A stretch of 64,000 nt of DNA from Tubulanus polymorphus. Taxonomy: Eukaryota; Animalia; Nemertea. The stretch lies in assembly GCF_964204645.1 (NCBI RefSeq), contig NC_134025.1:5146001-5210000 (forward strand). The letters run 5' to 3'. Below are positions 33,701 through 45,465 of this stretch, in pieces. Each line of letters begins with the position of its first letter. Positions within the stretch are counted from its first letter, which is position 1. Under the pieces are notes generated by a model. It searched no databases. It was not told where the DNA came from and saw only the letters and a list, made by a program, of their open reading frames with translations. Position numbers and translations under genes: made by a program.

Positions 33701-36700
33701 CTACGAAAGTGTAGAGAAAGTTCAAATGAGAGAATGCATCAACATACATACTGGTATGTACATTTATCTACAGAGATGTGCTCAGGATTCAAGAACCAAA
33801 GGCATGCCACTGAGCAGTTTCCTTCTGAAACCAATGCAACGAATAACAAAATATCCTTTAATGATCTCAAAGGTAATAAAATCTGACACGATCTATATAT
33901 ATATCATATTTCTAGTATTGCCTTTACTCTGTACTACTGAAGTTCTATAATTTCCTTTTTTTCTAGATTTTAGAGTATACTCCAGATAATCACCCTGATC
34001 ATCAGAATCTTGTCGATGCCCTTGCCAGAGCGGAAGAACTTTGTAATCAAGTCAATGAAGGAGTGCGCGAGCAAGAACATTCTGATAAATTGGAATGGAT
34101 ACAGACACATGTTATATGTGAAGGCCTTTCCGAGGTTAGTGACAATTTGAAATTCTAATAATTGTGTATTGAAATTTCATATATCTTAAAGCACTCTTTG
34201 GTTTTCAGAAACTAACATTTAACTCTGTCACAAATTGTCTTGGACCAAGGAAGTTTCTTCATATTGGCACTTTGTTTAAAGTGAGTAATGCTAATTATGT
34301 TGCATGAAAAAGCTTGATGAAGTATACATGTATTTCGATCATTGATTTTTCTTATTGCAGACAAAGAGTGGAAAAGAATTGGTAGCATTTCTGTTCAATG
34401 ATTTCTTGTTATTGACATTTCCATCAAAACCATTGCATAGTATGAATTACCGGTTCAATTTCGATCCTGAATGTCGTGTTATCTTCAAAATGTATAAAAA
34501 TGTAAGTCACCAATTTTACCCCAAATACAAACCTGTATGAAGCTGTCCACTATTCGGAACATGTATGATTGTTTTTGCAGCCAATTTTCTTGAATGAAAT
34601 TATGGTAAAAATGTTGAGTGTAGATCAAGAATCCGACAATAATAAGTGCAATGATCAGTTTCAAGTTTCACATATTGATCGAGTTTACAATATGAAAGCC
34701 ATCTCCAGTAGTGATTGGTAAGTATCATTATTGCAGCATTCACAAAAGTTCAATTCCATGAACATTACAGAAAAGGAAACTACATGACCCAATGTGTGTG
34801 TGTATGTATGTACCGGTATGTATATATGTATGCACGTATGTATTTTATCACATTGCAGTAACAATTGGGTGAAAAGAATTGAGGAAGCTTCGAAAGATTA
34901 TCTGAATACAGAAAGAAAACGAAGAGAAAGGGCTCATTCTTGTAAGTATTTTAATTTATCATTCTACTAGAAACTAAATGTCTCGAATACAAATCCATGC
35001 AGAATATTCCTTAGTGTAAACACATTTTCATTATACATGCATTTATAATTTCTATAGTTTGATAAATGGAGGTAGTTTATATCATACATTATATATATAT
35101 ATATAAGTTATGTGCACATGTACATTATGTGTACATGACCCAAAATCAGTGTATCGTCTATGTAAGTAAACCTGCCCTTCATAATCTAGAAATATCTAAT
35201 TAAACATGATCGATAACCTAGCAGATATCCTCATATAATTTTTTTTTCTTTGTTCCTGTTTTGTTGCTAGAGTTTGTTAAAGTCTTCAATTTTTCTGCAT
35301 GTGTGTATCTACATAACTACTTGCTGCATGTTGAGCTTCATGTCAGAACCTTGTCCAGTTTTGCTTTAAAGAGTTCTGATAAAAGAAATGTATGGCGAGA
35401 AATAACAATGTGAACTTAAAATATTGTATATAATATACAGTAAGGAGTTGTGCAGGGGATGGTCGTCTGATGATAGTCATTGTTGAAGGGAACAACCTTA
35501 TTATTGGTTGTAAGGGTAAGGAGATACATTATGTACAGATGGTTGTAGTTATCTCAAAAATAACTTGTCAGGTGCTTAATGGTGCATGTTTTTTTCAATG
35601 CTACACCATGAATGTCCTGTTTCTCATGGAATATATTTTGAAAATCTCACTTATTGTTTGCAAATATCTCTTATTTCATCTGGTGGTTCTTAATTGATAT
35701 TCATTATATCAATGATTTATAAGTCTATAATAAGTTTATAATGAATTTTTGATGATATTGGTATGGGATATCTTAAAACTTTTTTTTCAAAATATAATCC
35801 ATTCCTAGCCTACCTTTTACTATTCTGCCTTTGGCACCAGGTGATAACTGAAGGAAAGGCCAAGATTTTTCTATATTTTGTGTAACTTTGTGTTTAGTGT
35901 CTGCAGTGAAAGGTGTTGGGCGACTTCTAGTCATTGTTCTTGAAGGGCAAAATCTAATAGCTAGCGATGTATATGGTAAGGCTATGTTTATTATACAGGC
36001 GGTGTTTATTATTGGTATTTTCACTGATCACAAATCACTCTACAGAAGTTTCTAATCATCACAATCATTTAGTTGTCTAAACATCCTATATTAACAAGTA
36101 TAAATTTACATTTACGCATATAACAAACTTCTTTGCTAGTTTCATACCAAAATGTTCTTTTGTTATTCCTACTTGATGCACATTTTATCACCTAACTCAT
36201 AGACGATCCCATACTTGATTGATTTCAATATATTAATATGAAAAGGATGGATAGATAATGGTGTAAATCCAACAGGAACTTGCCCACTGATATTGGCAAA
36301 TACACCAATTGTGGCCCACTAATCAACCTCACATGTCATTCCATTAGACCGCACATGTTTCTAATTGTCACACATCAAATCTACACCAAACCACTGTTGA
36401 AGTAGATCTAAAAAATCATCACTGCATGTTTTTATCATCAACCATTGATCACTAATCACATCCTTCTCTCTGTCTTCTATGATGCATAGTACGCAGCATA
36501 CCAGCGGTGGGCCGACTTCTTGTGGTGGTTTTGGAGGGAGTAGATCTTGTCCCTAGCCTGTCTGATGTATCTGGTATGGTCGGTTTCCAATACTCAGCAT
36601 GCTGTCATATGTATTAAGTACAGAAGATATACATATACGTTGATACGTTTAATTTTGATTACAGAATACATAAACATTATTGTATCTTGTAAAATAGCCC

Positions 36701-37485
36701 CCCCCCCCTTGTCTACTGTTTATGTATTTTATGCGCTATTACAAGTATTTCCAAAATCAAAATTTACAAAATTCAGGTACATGTGAATGTACCAGTCAGA
36801 CCCTTCTTGTAATTACATGGTACTTGAAATAACCTACCTGCTTATAAAAACACTGTCCTATTTCTTATTCACTTCATTTCAATCCTACTCTACTAAATAA
36901 TAAGCATGATTATCTACTCTCCAATTCCTTCTTATCTATTATGGTACTGTAAATATGAAATGATGCTAAGCTAATTTTGCTGAATCTACTGTATCCACAC
37001 ATATTTACAAATGAATATGATGTTGTAGGAAAAAGTGATCCATATTGCGAGGTGAGCATGGGCTCTCAAGAACACAAAACAAAGGTGCTTATTGGTACTT
37101 TGAATCCGAAATGGAATTCGTCGATGCAGTTTACAATAAAGGATGTGCAGCAGGATGTATTATGTATAACTGTGTATGATAGAGATTTGTTTACACCAAA
37201 TGGTATGAAAATATGAATTAAAAATAATTTTGAAAATATGAATTAAAGGATACCATACATTGTCCTTACTCAACTCTCAATTATTGATGAAATAACAAAG
37301 TGCACTTCTACCAATAATGCGTGTATTTTTCAGATTTCTTGGGTAGAACTGAAATTCGTGTTCACGACATTCTTTCTGAAACGAGGGCAAAAAGAGGTCC
37401 AATCACGAAGCGCATGCAGCTATTAGAAGTGGAATCAGGAGAAGTTATAGTCAAATTAGACCTACAGTTGTATGGCAATAAATAG
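21742..37485 (+). CDS. ITSN: intersectin, long isoform (2 EH, coiled coil, 5 SH3, DH, PH, C2)
   Basis: EH ([28 protein letters not shown]; [19 protein letters not shown]), [21 protein letters not shown] coiled coil, five SH3 (e.g. [19 protein letters not shown]; [14 protein letters not shown]), DH ([16 protein letters not shown]; [17 protein letters not shown]), PH (FLFNDFLL), C2 ([13 protein letters not shown]...VKLDLQLY). Confidence 0.96.
28363..28446 (+). other. candidate cassette exon of intersectin between SH3C and SH3D
   Basis: 84 nt, CAG acceptor and GTATGA donor, phase 0-0 like its neighbours, encodes [28 protein letters not shown]; lies in an unusually long intron. Confidence 0.65.
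30245..32230 (+). other. alternative terminal exon and long 3' UTR of the short intersectin isoform
   Basis: Pyrimidine-rich acceptor ending at 30244; the upstream exon ends in phase-1 T (30061), so T+GA forms the stop; AATAAA signals near 32203 and 32214. Confidence 0.75.
35441..35515 (+). other. intersectin C2 alternative exon A (75 nt)
   Basis: CAG|...|GTAAG, phase 1-1, encodes [26 protein letters not shown]. Confidence 0.75.
35898..35975 (+). other. intersectin C2 alternative exon B (78 nt; 69 nt if the acceptor at 35906 is used)
   Basis: TAG|...|GTAAG, phase 1-1, encodes [27 protein letters not shown]. Confidence 0.85.
36490..36573 (+). other. intersectin C2 alternative exon C (84 nt)
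   Basis: TAG|...|GTATG, upstream CACTAAT branch-like motif and pyrimidine tract, phase 1-1, encodes [29 protein letters not shown]. Confidence 0.85.
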
Positions 37486-39297
37486 ACCTGTATTGCCCAC
37501 ACTTCCAGCTGGAGCTCAAATGGTTCCTTTATTCACTTTTAGAAAAATGTTTCAAACAAAATGTGTCATAGTTTAAGTGTATGTAGAAACTACAAACATG
37601 GAAAATTCTCGCCATAATGTAAATACAATGTAATTATCATGTAAAAATGAATGTTATGTATGGGTAATACTCCCTGCACTTGTTAAATGGAACATATGAC
37701 TGGTTTTGCCTTCATGAGGAAATCTATTCGCTTATTCTTATTCAAGGAATCTCTTGATTCAATCTATCAGGGCTCTATACTGAGGTTAACTTCAACCAGT
37801 ATGCCTTCTTGATGAATGCATGTGTGCCATGTCAAGATCAAAACCATTTCGTTATTTTTGTTTCTAGAATGTATAATTCTTATGTAATCCCATTAACTCG
37901 AGGGAGAAACTGTAGTCAATAAGAACACGGACACATATGATGCACATCATTGGTAATTTCTTTGTTTATTTCGAGATGATTGTTTTTCACATATGTACAC
38001 TGTACAGCGAAGATTCCTGTCTCATCAGGCTGTTGAATATAGGTATTAACAAAAATGCATATTTATATAATCCTCTTTATGTATTTTTGGTATTAAGTTT
38101 AATATTGAACATTCCAGATACAGTTTACAAATACAGTAACCGTTTTCTAATTATACATACTAGATATAGATCAACATAAATGAAAAAAATGCCTAGAATA
38201 TTAACAATTAACAAGGTCACAACTTAATGAACAGATAGATTTATTTCACTGAATCTCAAAAATCATATTTCTGTGAAATCATTGCGTACGTAAGAATCAT
38301 TATATCAATACTGTATGAATAAAGATTAGCCTGAAAGCATTTAATTTGTTTCGTTAGTTGACAAAATGATTTTGATTAATTCCCAAGTGTTTTCAAATTC
38401 AATGCAGTGTTGGGCAACGATGAAATCGTACAACTAAATCGTACCCTAACCCGGGATTCATTTTAGCGGAACCTACGTAAATACCTCGAAATCATCACAA
38501 TAAACAGATTTTAGATAGACTGTTTCGACTCGTCCTGGATCAAGTGGTTCTTCCCATCGATTCCGTTGAGCTACGATCTTTAGCCCCACTGCGGTACGTA
38601 AGGTTCTTGGTGAACTACTGGAGCTGTGGCAAGCATGGAAATCTCCAGCCTGTAATCGCCTTTTCGCAGATATTTACCATAGTGGTAACGACTTTATGGT
38701 CATTTGAAATTCTTTTGACAGATTACTTCCAATGTTTATCAGGGGCGTATCCAGGGCCATCTCGCCGGGTTCCGAATTACCGTATATAAGGGCACTCGCT
38801 ATTATTGTGGATGGCACTTTGCCAAATCACAGCAAAAAAGGGATCTAAACATCAAACGTGGTTTTCAGGAGCACACTACACCAAATCATGCCAAACGAGG
38901 GCATTTACGAGTCAAATCCATGAATTTAGGGGCATATCCAAGGGGCACAGACAAAGCTCGACGCGTAGGCCAGAACCCTCGGACCCCGATCCACCATGTT
39001 TATATTTATTGGAATTAAAATCAATTTCGCATTGGGTGGAAGTCTGGACGGACGCAATATTGCAAAATAGCAATAAAGTATTATGTGTGATAAAGGGACA
39101 GCAGCGGGCACAGGAGATTGATACCTGATAAGTTCTCATGAATCGTTTGATAATTCTATTCTTTTCATCTTTCAACATTTAAATCGTGTGATACAATTTA
39201 TTTATCATTTCATCATACAATATATATTATGGATACTTTAACTTTGTTACAATCTTCCGAACGGTGTGCGGGAATAGTTGCATCAAAAACAGTCCAA

Positions 39298-39393
39298 CCA
39301 TGGATGCCTAACTATAAACTTACATCCATGGTCCAACCATAGACTCTAAAACAGAAACGTCTATGGCCCACAACCATGGACTCTAATCTATGG
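39298..39393. repeat. three tandem short hairpin elements bounded by CCAT(A/G)GA...TC(T/C)ATGG
   Basis: CCATGGATG..CATCCATGG (39298-39331), CCATAGAC..GTCTATGG (39337-39366), CCATGGAC..TCTATGG (39374-39393), each preceded by CAA. Confidence 0.7.
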
Positions 39394-40184
39394 CTCCCTG
39401 CACTAAAACCAGAGATAAACCTGGCCAATTACTCTGGAAAGATTTAATGAATCAATCTGATTTACATTTTTACTCTTAAAATTTGACCCGGCCGGCCACC
39501 TATCTATACCAAGGTATTACTTTAAAATCATGATCAAGCTATAACCATTACAGATTCGGCAGTTATTAACTGATTAGGCTACAAATCTATTTGTGATTTA
39601 CAAAATGACAGTTGGCCGATCAGGCCGGAAAAACAAGGTATCATTTTGAGCCTTATAATGACTTATATTATCCAAAAAATAAAATTACCATACTAGCTTT
39701 TAACATCACAAATGCTACATCATACACACCGAGTTCGATTTAGAGGGTTACAGTCATATAATAAACACAGAATTAAATAAACCTTTTAAACGGAGCGGTG
39801 ACTTAGACCCGGACGCCGCCAAACACTCCGATACCGGCAAACACTGAAAGTGAGGAATTCAGTCATCAATTACAGGAATTTCTCCTGGAACGCCTTTGGG
39901 GGAGCATGCACCCTTATTTTCGCTAGCCTAGGGATTTTACGATACCAATAAATTTAGAGGGGATCCGGACGGTCCGGCGTTGAAGCCCCCATCCGGGATT
40001 ATAAAAAGGCTTACCAGCGATTAGGCCAAGTTATAACTATAACAAATTTAGGCTCCGGCGGTGAGCTGATCGCAATAGTTAGTTCGCATATTCGCCATCG
40101 ATATTGCAATGCAATCAATAGTGGCAGCACGTAACAGTCACAATCTGGCATAGGTTGCTATTCTTTCTGTGGCACGCGAGCAAT

Positions 40185-40325
40185 TGAAATGACGTCCAAT
40201 AAACGATTTCTGAGCTATGTGAATAATCCATAAGACCCCTTGTTGTTAAACACGGAAGTGTTTGATTATTTTTTTTCGATTTTTGGACATTGTTTGTTTT
40301 TTACTTCCAAATTCAAATTACCAGA
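40185..40325 (+). promoter_or_regulatory. promoter and non-coding first exon of the BTB-BACK gene
   Basis: TGACGT/CCAAT near 40190-40200, ETS-type CGGAAGTG 40253-40260, donor GTAAGT near 40326, acceptor TTGCAG near 40608. Confidence 0.5.
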
Positions 40326-40625
40326 GTAAGTTTGATCCGATTTACTCACTGTCCGATAATTCATTCCGTTAACTTACTTAGATCTCAATTTGCTGCTAAA
40401 AATCATCAACACTAACAGTCAGGAATACTTTCCAAAAACGGCTTATTCTGCCAATTTCGGCGTTTTCCGCCAGGCAGAATCAGCCGTTTATACTTTTTTA
40501 ACCTACTAGTTACTACAAGAGTAAGACTGCATTTTGTGGAGATTTCTATTCTCTTCTAATAATTGAGATGTCTTATTTATTATTGATCAGATGAATTATT
40601 TATTGCAGAAGTGTGAAAGAAAAAG

Positions 40626-41750
40626 ATGCCCCCAAAAAGATTCAAGCATCATTTGCTCAGCGACCAGAAGAATCCTGTAGTAACGTTGATCGATTACAAA
40701 ACAAAAGAATCAAAATATTATTTACACGTGGCCGATCCACCGAGTGCCGCCCTATACAACAATCCAAATTTAAGCGATATCACGCTGAAAGTCGGAGAAC
40801 AAGAATTTTTTGCGCATAAAATCATTATTGCTGCGGCGAGTGACGTTTTCGCTCGAATGGTGCATTCTGATTGGTGCAAACAGTCGGTTATGGAACTACA
40901 AGAAAATGAAGATTGCTCGCGTGTTTTCGATAAATTTCTTAAGTACTTCTACAGCGGTAAAATCCTCATCAACAAAGACTACGTATTCCCGTTGTTTCTG
41001 TTAGCGGACAAGTATAACGTTAAGGGTTTAGTCGACGAATGCGTTTTGCATATCGAGAAGGGTTTGGCCGTTCGTTCTTGTATGAATAAAGATAAAGACA
41101 TGTCGTTAGTCGGCGAAACGTCAAATGCTTCGTCCACAAAAAAGCGTGTTCTCAGTTTCGGCTTGTTAAGTTCCGGTGACAGCGAAAGCGACTCGTCCGA
41201 TTGCGACGATTCAGAAAGTATCGAAAAACTGCTGAAAATTCAACAGCAGCAGTCGTTCAAATGTTTGATCCCGTGCGAAATCTTCCCGATTGCGATGGTC
41301 ATGAAAATGTTACAGTTCACGCACAACGAGAAAATCTACGACGCCGCCTTGTACAACCTGGAAGCTCGTTTGGCGAAACAAGTCAATGACGGAGATACTA
41401 AAATGTGGAATTTGTTGGATGCACAGCTGCTCAAAACACTTCTCGATGACAATCATTTTTACTGTTCTGAATATAACATATATAAAGCCGTAAAATCATG
41501 GCTGGTGTTTGACGTATCGCGACAAGAATCGAACACGCTTAAAGAAGTTTATACGCGCGTTCGATTTCCATTAATGAATGCGGAGGAACTTTACGAAGTC
41601 GAAGCAGACAAGATTTTGAACGAATGCCCGGATGCGATTAAGCTTGTTCACGAGGCTATTCGGTATAAATTGTTCAAAGATTGTCCGCGTGCTGCTGCCA
41701 GTGAAAACTGGTCCGGATGTCAGTTTACCAAGAGAAAACTGAAGAGTTGA
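40626..41750 (+). CDS. BTB/POZ and BACK domain protein, single coding exon, no Kelch repeats
   Basis: 374-aa ORF: LSDITLKVGEQEFFAHKIIIAAASDVF...FLKYFYSGKI...LFLLADKYNV (BTB); SEYNIYKAVKSWL...VRFPLM (BACK). Confidence 0.9.
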   Translation: MPPKRFKHHLLSDQKNPVVTLIDYKTKESKYYLHVADPPSAALYNNPNLSDITLKVGEQEFFAHKIIIAAASDVFARMVHSDWCKQSVMELQENEDCSRVFDKFLKYFYSGKILINKDYVFPLFLLADKYNVKGLVDECVLHIEKGLAVRSCMNKDKDMSLVGETSNASSTKKRVLSFGLLSSGDSESDSSDCDDSESIEKLLKIQQQQSFKCLIPCEIFPIAMVMKMLQFTHNEKIYDAALYNLEARLAKQVNDGDTKMWNLLDAQLLKTLLDDNHFYCSEYNIYKAVKSWLVFDVSRQESNTLKEVYTRVRFPLMNAEELYEVEADKILNECPDAIKLVHEAIRYKLFKDCPRAAASENWSGCQFTKRKLKS

Positions 41751-42599
41751 ACCCCTAACCGTACCTACCTTAGATGGAATAGAGATTTAATTTATTGTAA
41801 TTTAGTCTCCAATATCTATTAAGTGTTCAGATGAAAAAAAGTTAAGATACTTTTACAACTTTTTCGGTTTCTTATATTTATTGGAAGCATTTCTTCTATT
41901 TATGGGCATTTATTGATGGGTTTAGCTCTAGACTGATTTAATCTTTTGCAGAACTGAATACTAACCCTTTCGACAGGTTCCTTTGGAAATCATTTTCTCC
42001 AGGTTTCATAGTTCTTGTACCATAACATATCAATACAAGTACCAGTAGCTGAGAATTTTTATGTCTATTGTAGATCTCGGCTCTCTGAATATTTAAGCTT
42101 GCAACAGTCTAAACCAAACCAAAAGGCCTTTCCATGAAACCAGGTCTAGGGATGTACAGTTATTATCAGTGAGACGCTTTTTCACCTTTCCTTTTAGTTA
42201 CTCGAGAATAGTTGAATAAATCAGATCTGTTCAATGGCTTTTTGTTTGACTGGAATTTCTTTTCTCATGATGACGATGAAGCTAAGATTTTTCCTGACCA
42301 CGAAGAGTGATTGAGAAGACATATGAGAAGACGCATATGAATTATATATAACTTTTATTTATTACATTTTTCGAAATAGAAACTAGACCAGTCAATTTCG
42401 GTTAACCGATCGCGAAACATTCCAGAATTAGTTATACAAAGCAGGTACCCGTTTGATAGCTAAAATGCTGTTTGACCCTGAATAGAGAGTTATTCCACAC
42501 ATTCTACAATTACCTCAAATGAAAACGAACACAACCCAACACGCCTTGATTCTGAAAATCATTCATCTTAATACTGAAACTAGTAATAGGACTAAGCAT

Positions 42600-44941
42600 T
42601 TACCAGAGAGCCTCCGAGGAGATAAACTGTTGATTTAAACAAATATCAAGATGATTATTGATAATATCCTCTGCGATTGATTTCTGGCAAATGGGACAAG
42701 ATATATTTGAAGCAGCAGTAAGATCAATAACATCAGAAGCAGTATTTTCCAGTTTCATAGATGAGGTAGATGGACTGTCAGATTTGGAACATTTATCAGA
42801 ATCACTTTTATTATCAGATTTAAATTTTTTTGTGGAAGGTTTTTCATCATCATCATTGTCAACAGAACGTTTTTCAACGATGTTTGTTCCAAATATTTGC
42901 TGAGAGGAACCAATTTTTTCAGACTTTTTAACGTTAATCGCAGGTTTACTTATCAAATCGGGAAGACTACATTTTGACTCTAAATTCTTGAGGAACAAAG
43001 ATTTACGTTCATCCATGGATATATTACCCTGCGTCGCACCAAGCTTTTTCCCGCCCCCAGAAAAAACTTGTACAGGCGTTTGTGTAACAACATTGTCGGA
43101 GTTATTTCCATTTGAACTATTTTCATAAGAAACGCCACCGCTGCTACCAACTTTAAATCCGTGCACATCTGCACCACGTTGAGAGTTTGTTGAACTTGCA
43201 AAATCTTTAGCCTTTACTTGAACCTTTCCTCCATAAGATACCCCTCCATTGGCTGTAGATTTAAATCCATGGACATTGGCTTTCGGTGTTCCACTTGAGC
43301 TTTCAGCTGGTAATCTCTTTGAATTGGGTTTCTGATTTGTACTCCACGCATCGTCCAAACTAATTTGAGTAGAGTTATTTGGTTTTTTGGGATTGTCATG
43401 TGTCACACTACGCGATAAACCCTTGTCGCCTCGTTTTGTAACTTTCTCAATTCCAGAAATATTGTTCACATTTTGAGATTCCATTTCACTGATATCTTTC
43501 CTTGAGTTATTGGAATTGATTTTTCCAGTTGATGAAGTACTACTACTGGTAGTCGATCCTAATTTATTTCCTTTTTCCAATTGATTTCGAATGTCCAAAT
43601 TTTTACCTGAAATGGGTAGACATATTTTTAAACAATTTTGCCCATTAATGAATCATATTAAAACAAAATTCCATATCCATTTAAAAGATAACCTGTTTGT
43701 GAGCTTTCAGCTTTCTTTTTACTGGTATCACCTTTCTTTTTCTTCTTTCCATAGTCTTCTGGTTCTTTAACTTTTGCATATGTACCACCACAGGTTTGTT
43801 GATGGCTCGCCCACCAAGGGTCCCGAGGAGAGGGGGCACGATTCATAGCGCGTTTCACAAATCCAAAATAAGGTGGCTTCTTTTGACAAGGACCATTGCA
43901 TTTCCACCAGTGCTTACGATATTCATTCACTTCATCGTGAAAACTATGATAGATCTGTTAAAAAAATAGTTCCATATCAACATTAGTTTAGCCTTAAAAG
44001 AATCAGAAATGCTACTATTTCACATTAGAATTTACTTACTGAAATGCTTGTTCCTGTTTCGGTATTAAGGCGGTTCATATGCTTTTGAAATTCTGGGCCA
44101 TGCCCATCATGATCCTGAAACCGTGTATTTGGGTTAGAAATGAAATCATTTTCAAATGGTAAGAAATTCTTATTTTCAATAATTCTGGTAGGCCTATACG
44201 TACTTTATTATTATCCGTGATGAAGAGATAAGCATGGATCATCTCATGCTGTGGAAGAAGAATCCAATAAATAATTCATATATCTTACATTATGTGTTAC
44301 CGCTTTAACAAAAGGATTCTATCGATGAGCTTACTAGTAAAGTTTCGACTAAATCTTTTCGTGGACGTAGCTTAAGTAATGGTTGACTGAGTCTGACAGA
44401 ACACATTCCACCTCGACCTTCATAAACGCAGAGACCAGCACATCTAAAACAGAAAATTGACCCCCATTATTGGAAAGCATTACTCTCAAAACAGATATCA
44501 TAATCTTGAAAAGCTAGATAAGGTAGAGGCTGTAATCTAATATAGTATCTATATATATATATATATATATAGTAAGTATTTTATTAGTATCTATCTAGCC
44601 ATTATTTCCAAACAACATTGTGCGGCAGCACTGAAAAAGAAAGGTTAACATTCAGGATTGAATACATACAAAGTCATTCTTGGACTCCAACGCACTTCAA
44701 TAGATGAAAGCATCCCCCAGAAAAATGCCTCATTGAACTCCAAAAATAAAGTCCTTATGTCAGGACTTGGATCCAACATTTCCCAAGCGGGGTCGACTAT
44801 TGATTTGGGATTTAACTTTTTTGAAGAGGGTGGCGATTGAATTGCCAAACACGCAGCTCTACTACTGTCATCCGCTTCAACTTCATTATCATACTCTTCT
44901 TGAAGCAGCTTAGCAAGAGCCAAATCATCAGAATAATCCAT
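42600..44941 (-). CDS. SPRTN: SprT-like DNA-protein crosslink metalloprotease Spartan
   Basis: IVDPAWEMLDPSPDIR..F..FN..FFWG.L..IEVRWSPRMT, LVETLLHEMIHAYLF (HExxH), HWWKCNGPCQ..PPYFGFVKRAMNRAPS, SHP box FSGGGKKLG, C-terminal UBZ CPICQ...NNHLDIC. Confidence 0.96.
44550..44571. repeat. (TA)n microsatellite in SPRTN intron 1
   Basis: 11 tandem TA units. Confidence 0.9.
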
Positions 44942-44999
44942 TATCGAAGTGACAATGTTAATTGACAGTAGTCATTACGCAATGACAGAGCGCTGAGAT

Positions 45000-45465
45000 T
45001 TAAATTAGGGAACGCTCCGATTAATATCCATGTTACATGAAATATTAACGGGTAGTAATAACAACGGTTTATAGAGAATAACAAAAGACAACCTTCTAAA
45101 CATTTCAGGCTTACGCGAATACAATTTAGACAAATCAATAACATAGTATACAAATTTGAGTGTTCAATATATCGGATGGCTATATTGCATTAAACATTTT
45201 CGGAGCCTTCCATTTTATGATAAAACAAATATTACCGCCGTTAGGCAATAATCTAAACCAGGAAGTAAATCGCGTAATTCGTAATTCGTTGTTTTTTTTT
45301 TTGTTTAGTCGAGGTTTTGAAGGATATATTAAAAGTATGCCGTTGAAAATAGTTTGATTTTCGATATGATTTACGTAGTTTGTCGACGCCTCTGAATAAG
45401 ATGTCCAATAGACAAATGTAGATCATATTTTGGTAAGTTTGATGTTATATGTTTTTACTTCCGGG
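45000..45465. promoter_or_regulatory. bidirectional promoter SPRTN (-) / FERM gene distal first exon (+)
   Basis: ETS-type CCAGGAAGT 45258-45266 and ACTTCCGG 45457-45464; plus-strand donor GTAAGT at 45433; minus-strand donor near 45113. Confidence 0.5.

Noticed and set aside
36255-36310. Three-stem junction resembling a hammerhead ribozyme
   Set aside because: Lacks the CUGAUGA and GAAA core in the required positions.
38445-38453. CCCTAACCC telomere-like word
   Set aside because: Only one and a half units; not an array.
39298-39393. Repeat-spacer-like pattern suggesting CRISPR
   Set aside because: Eukaryotic context, units are inverted hairpins of unequal length, only three copies, no cas genes.
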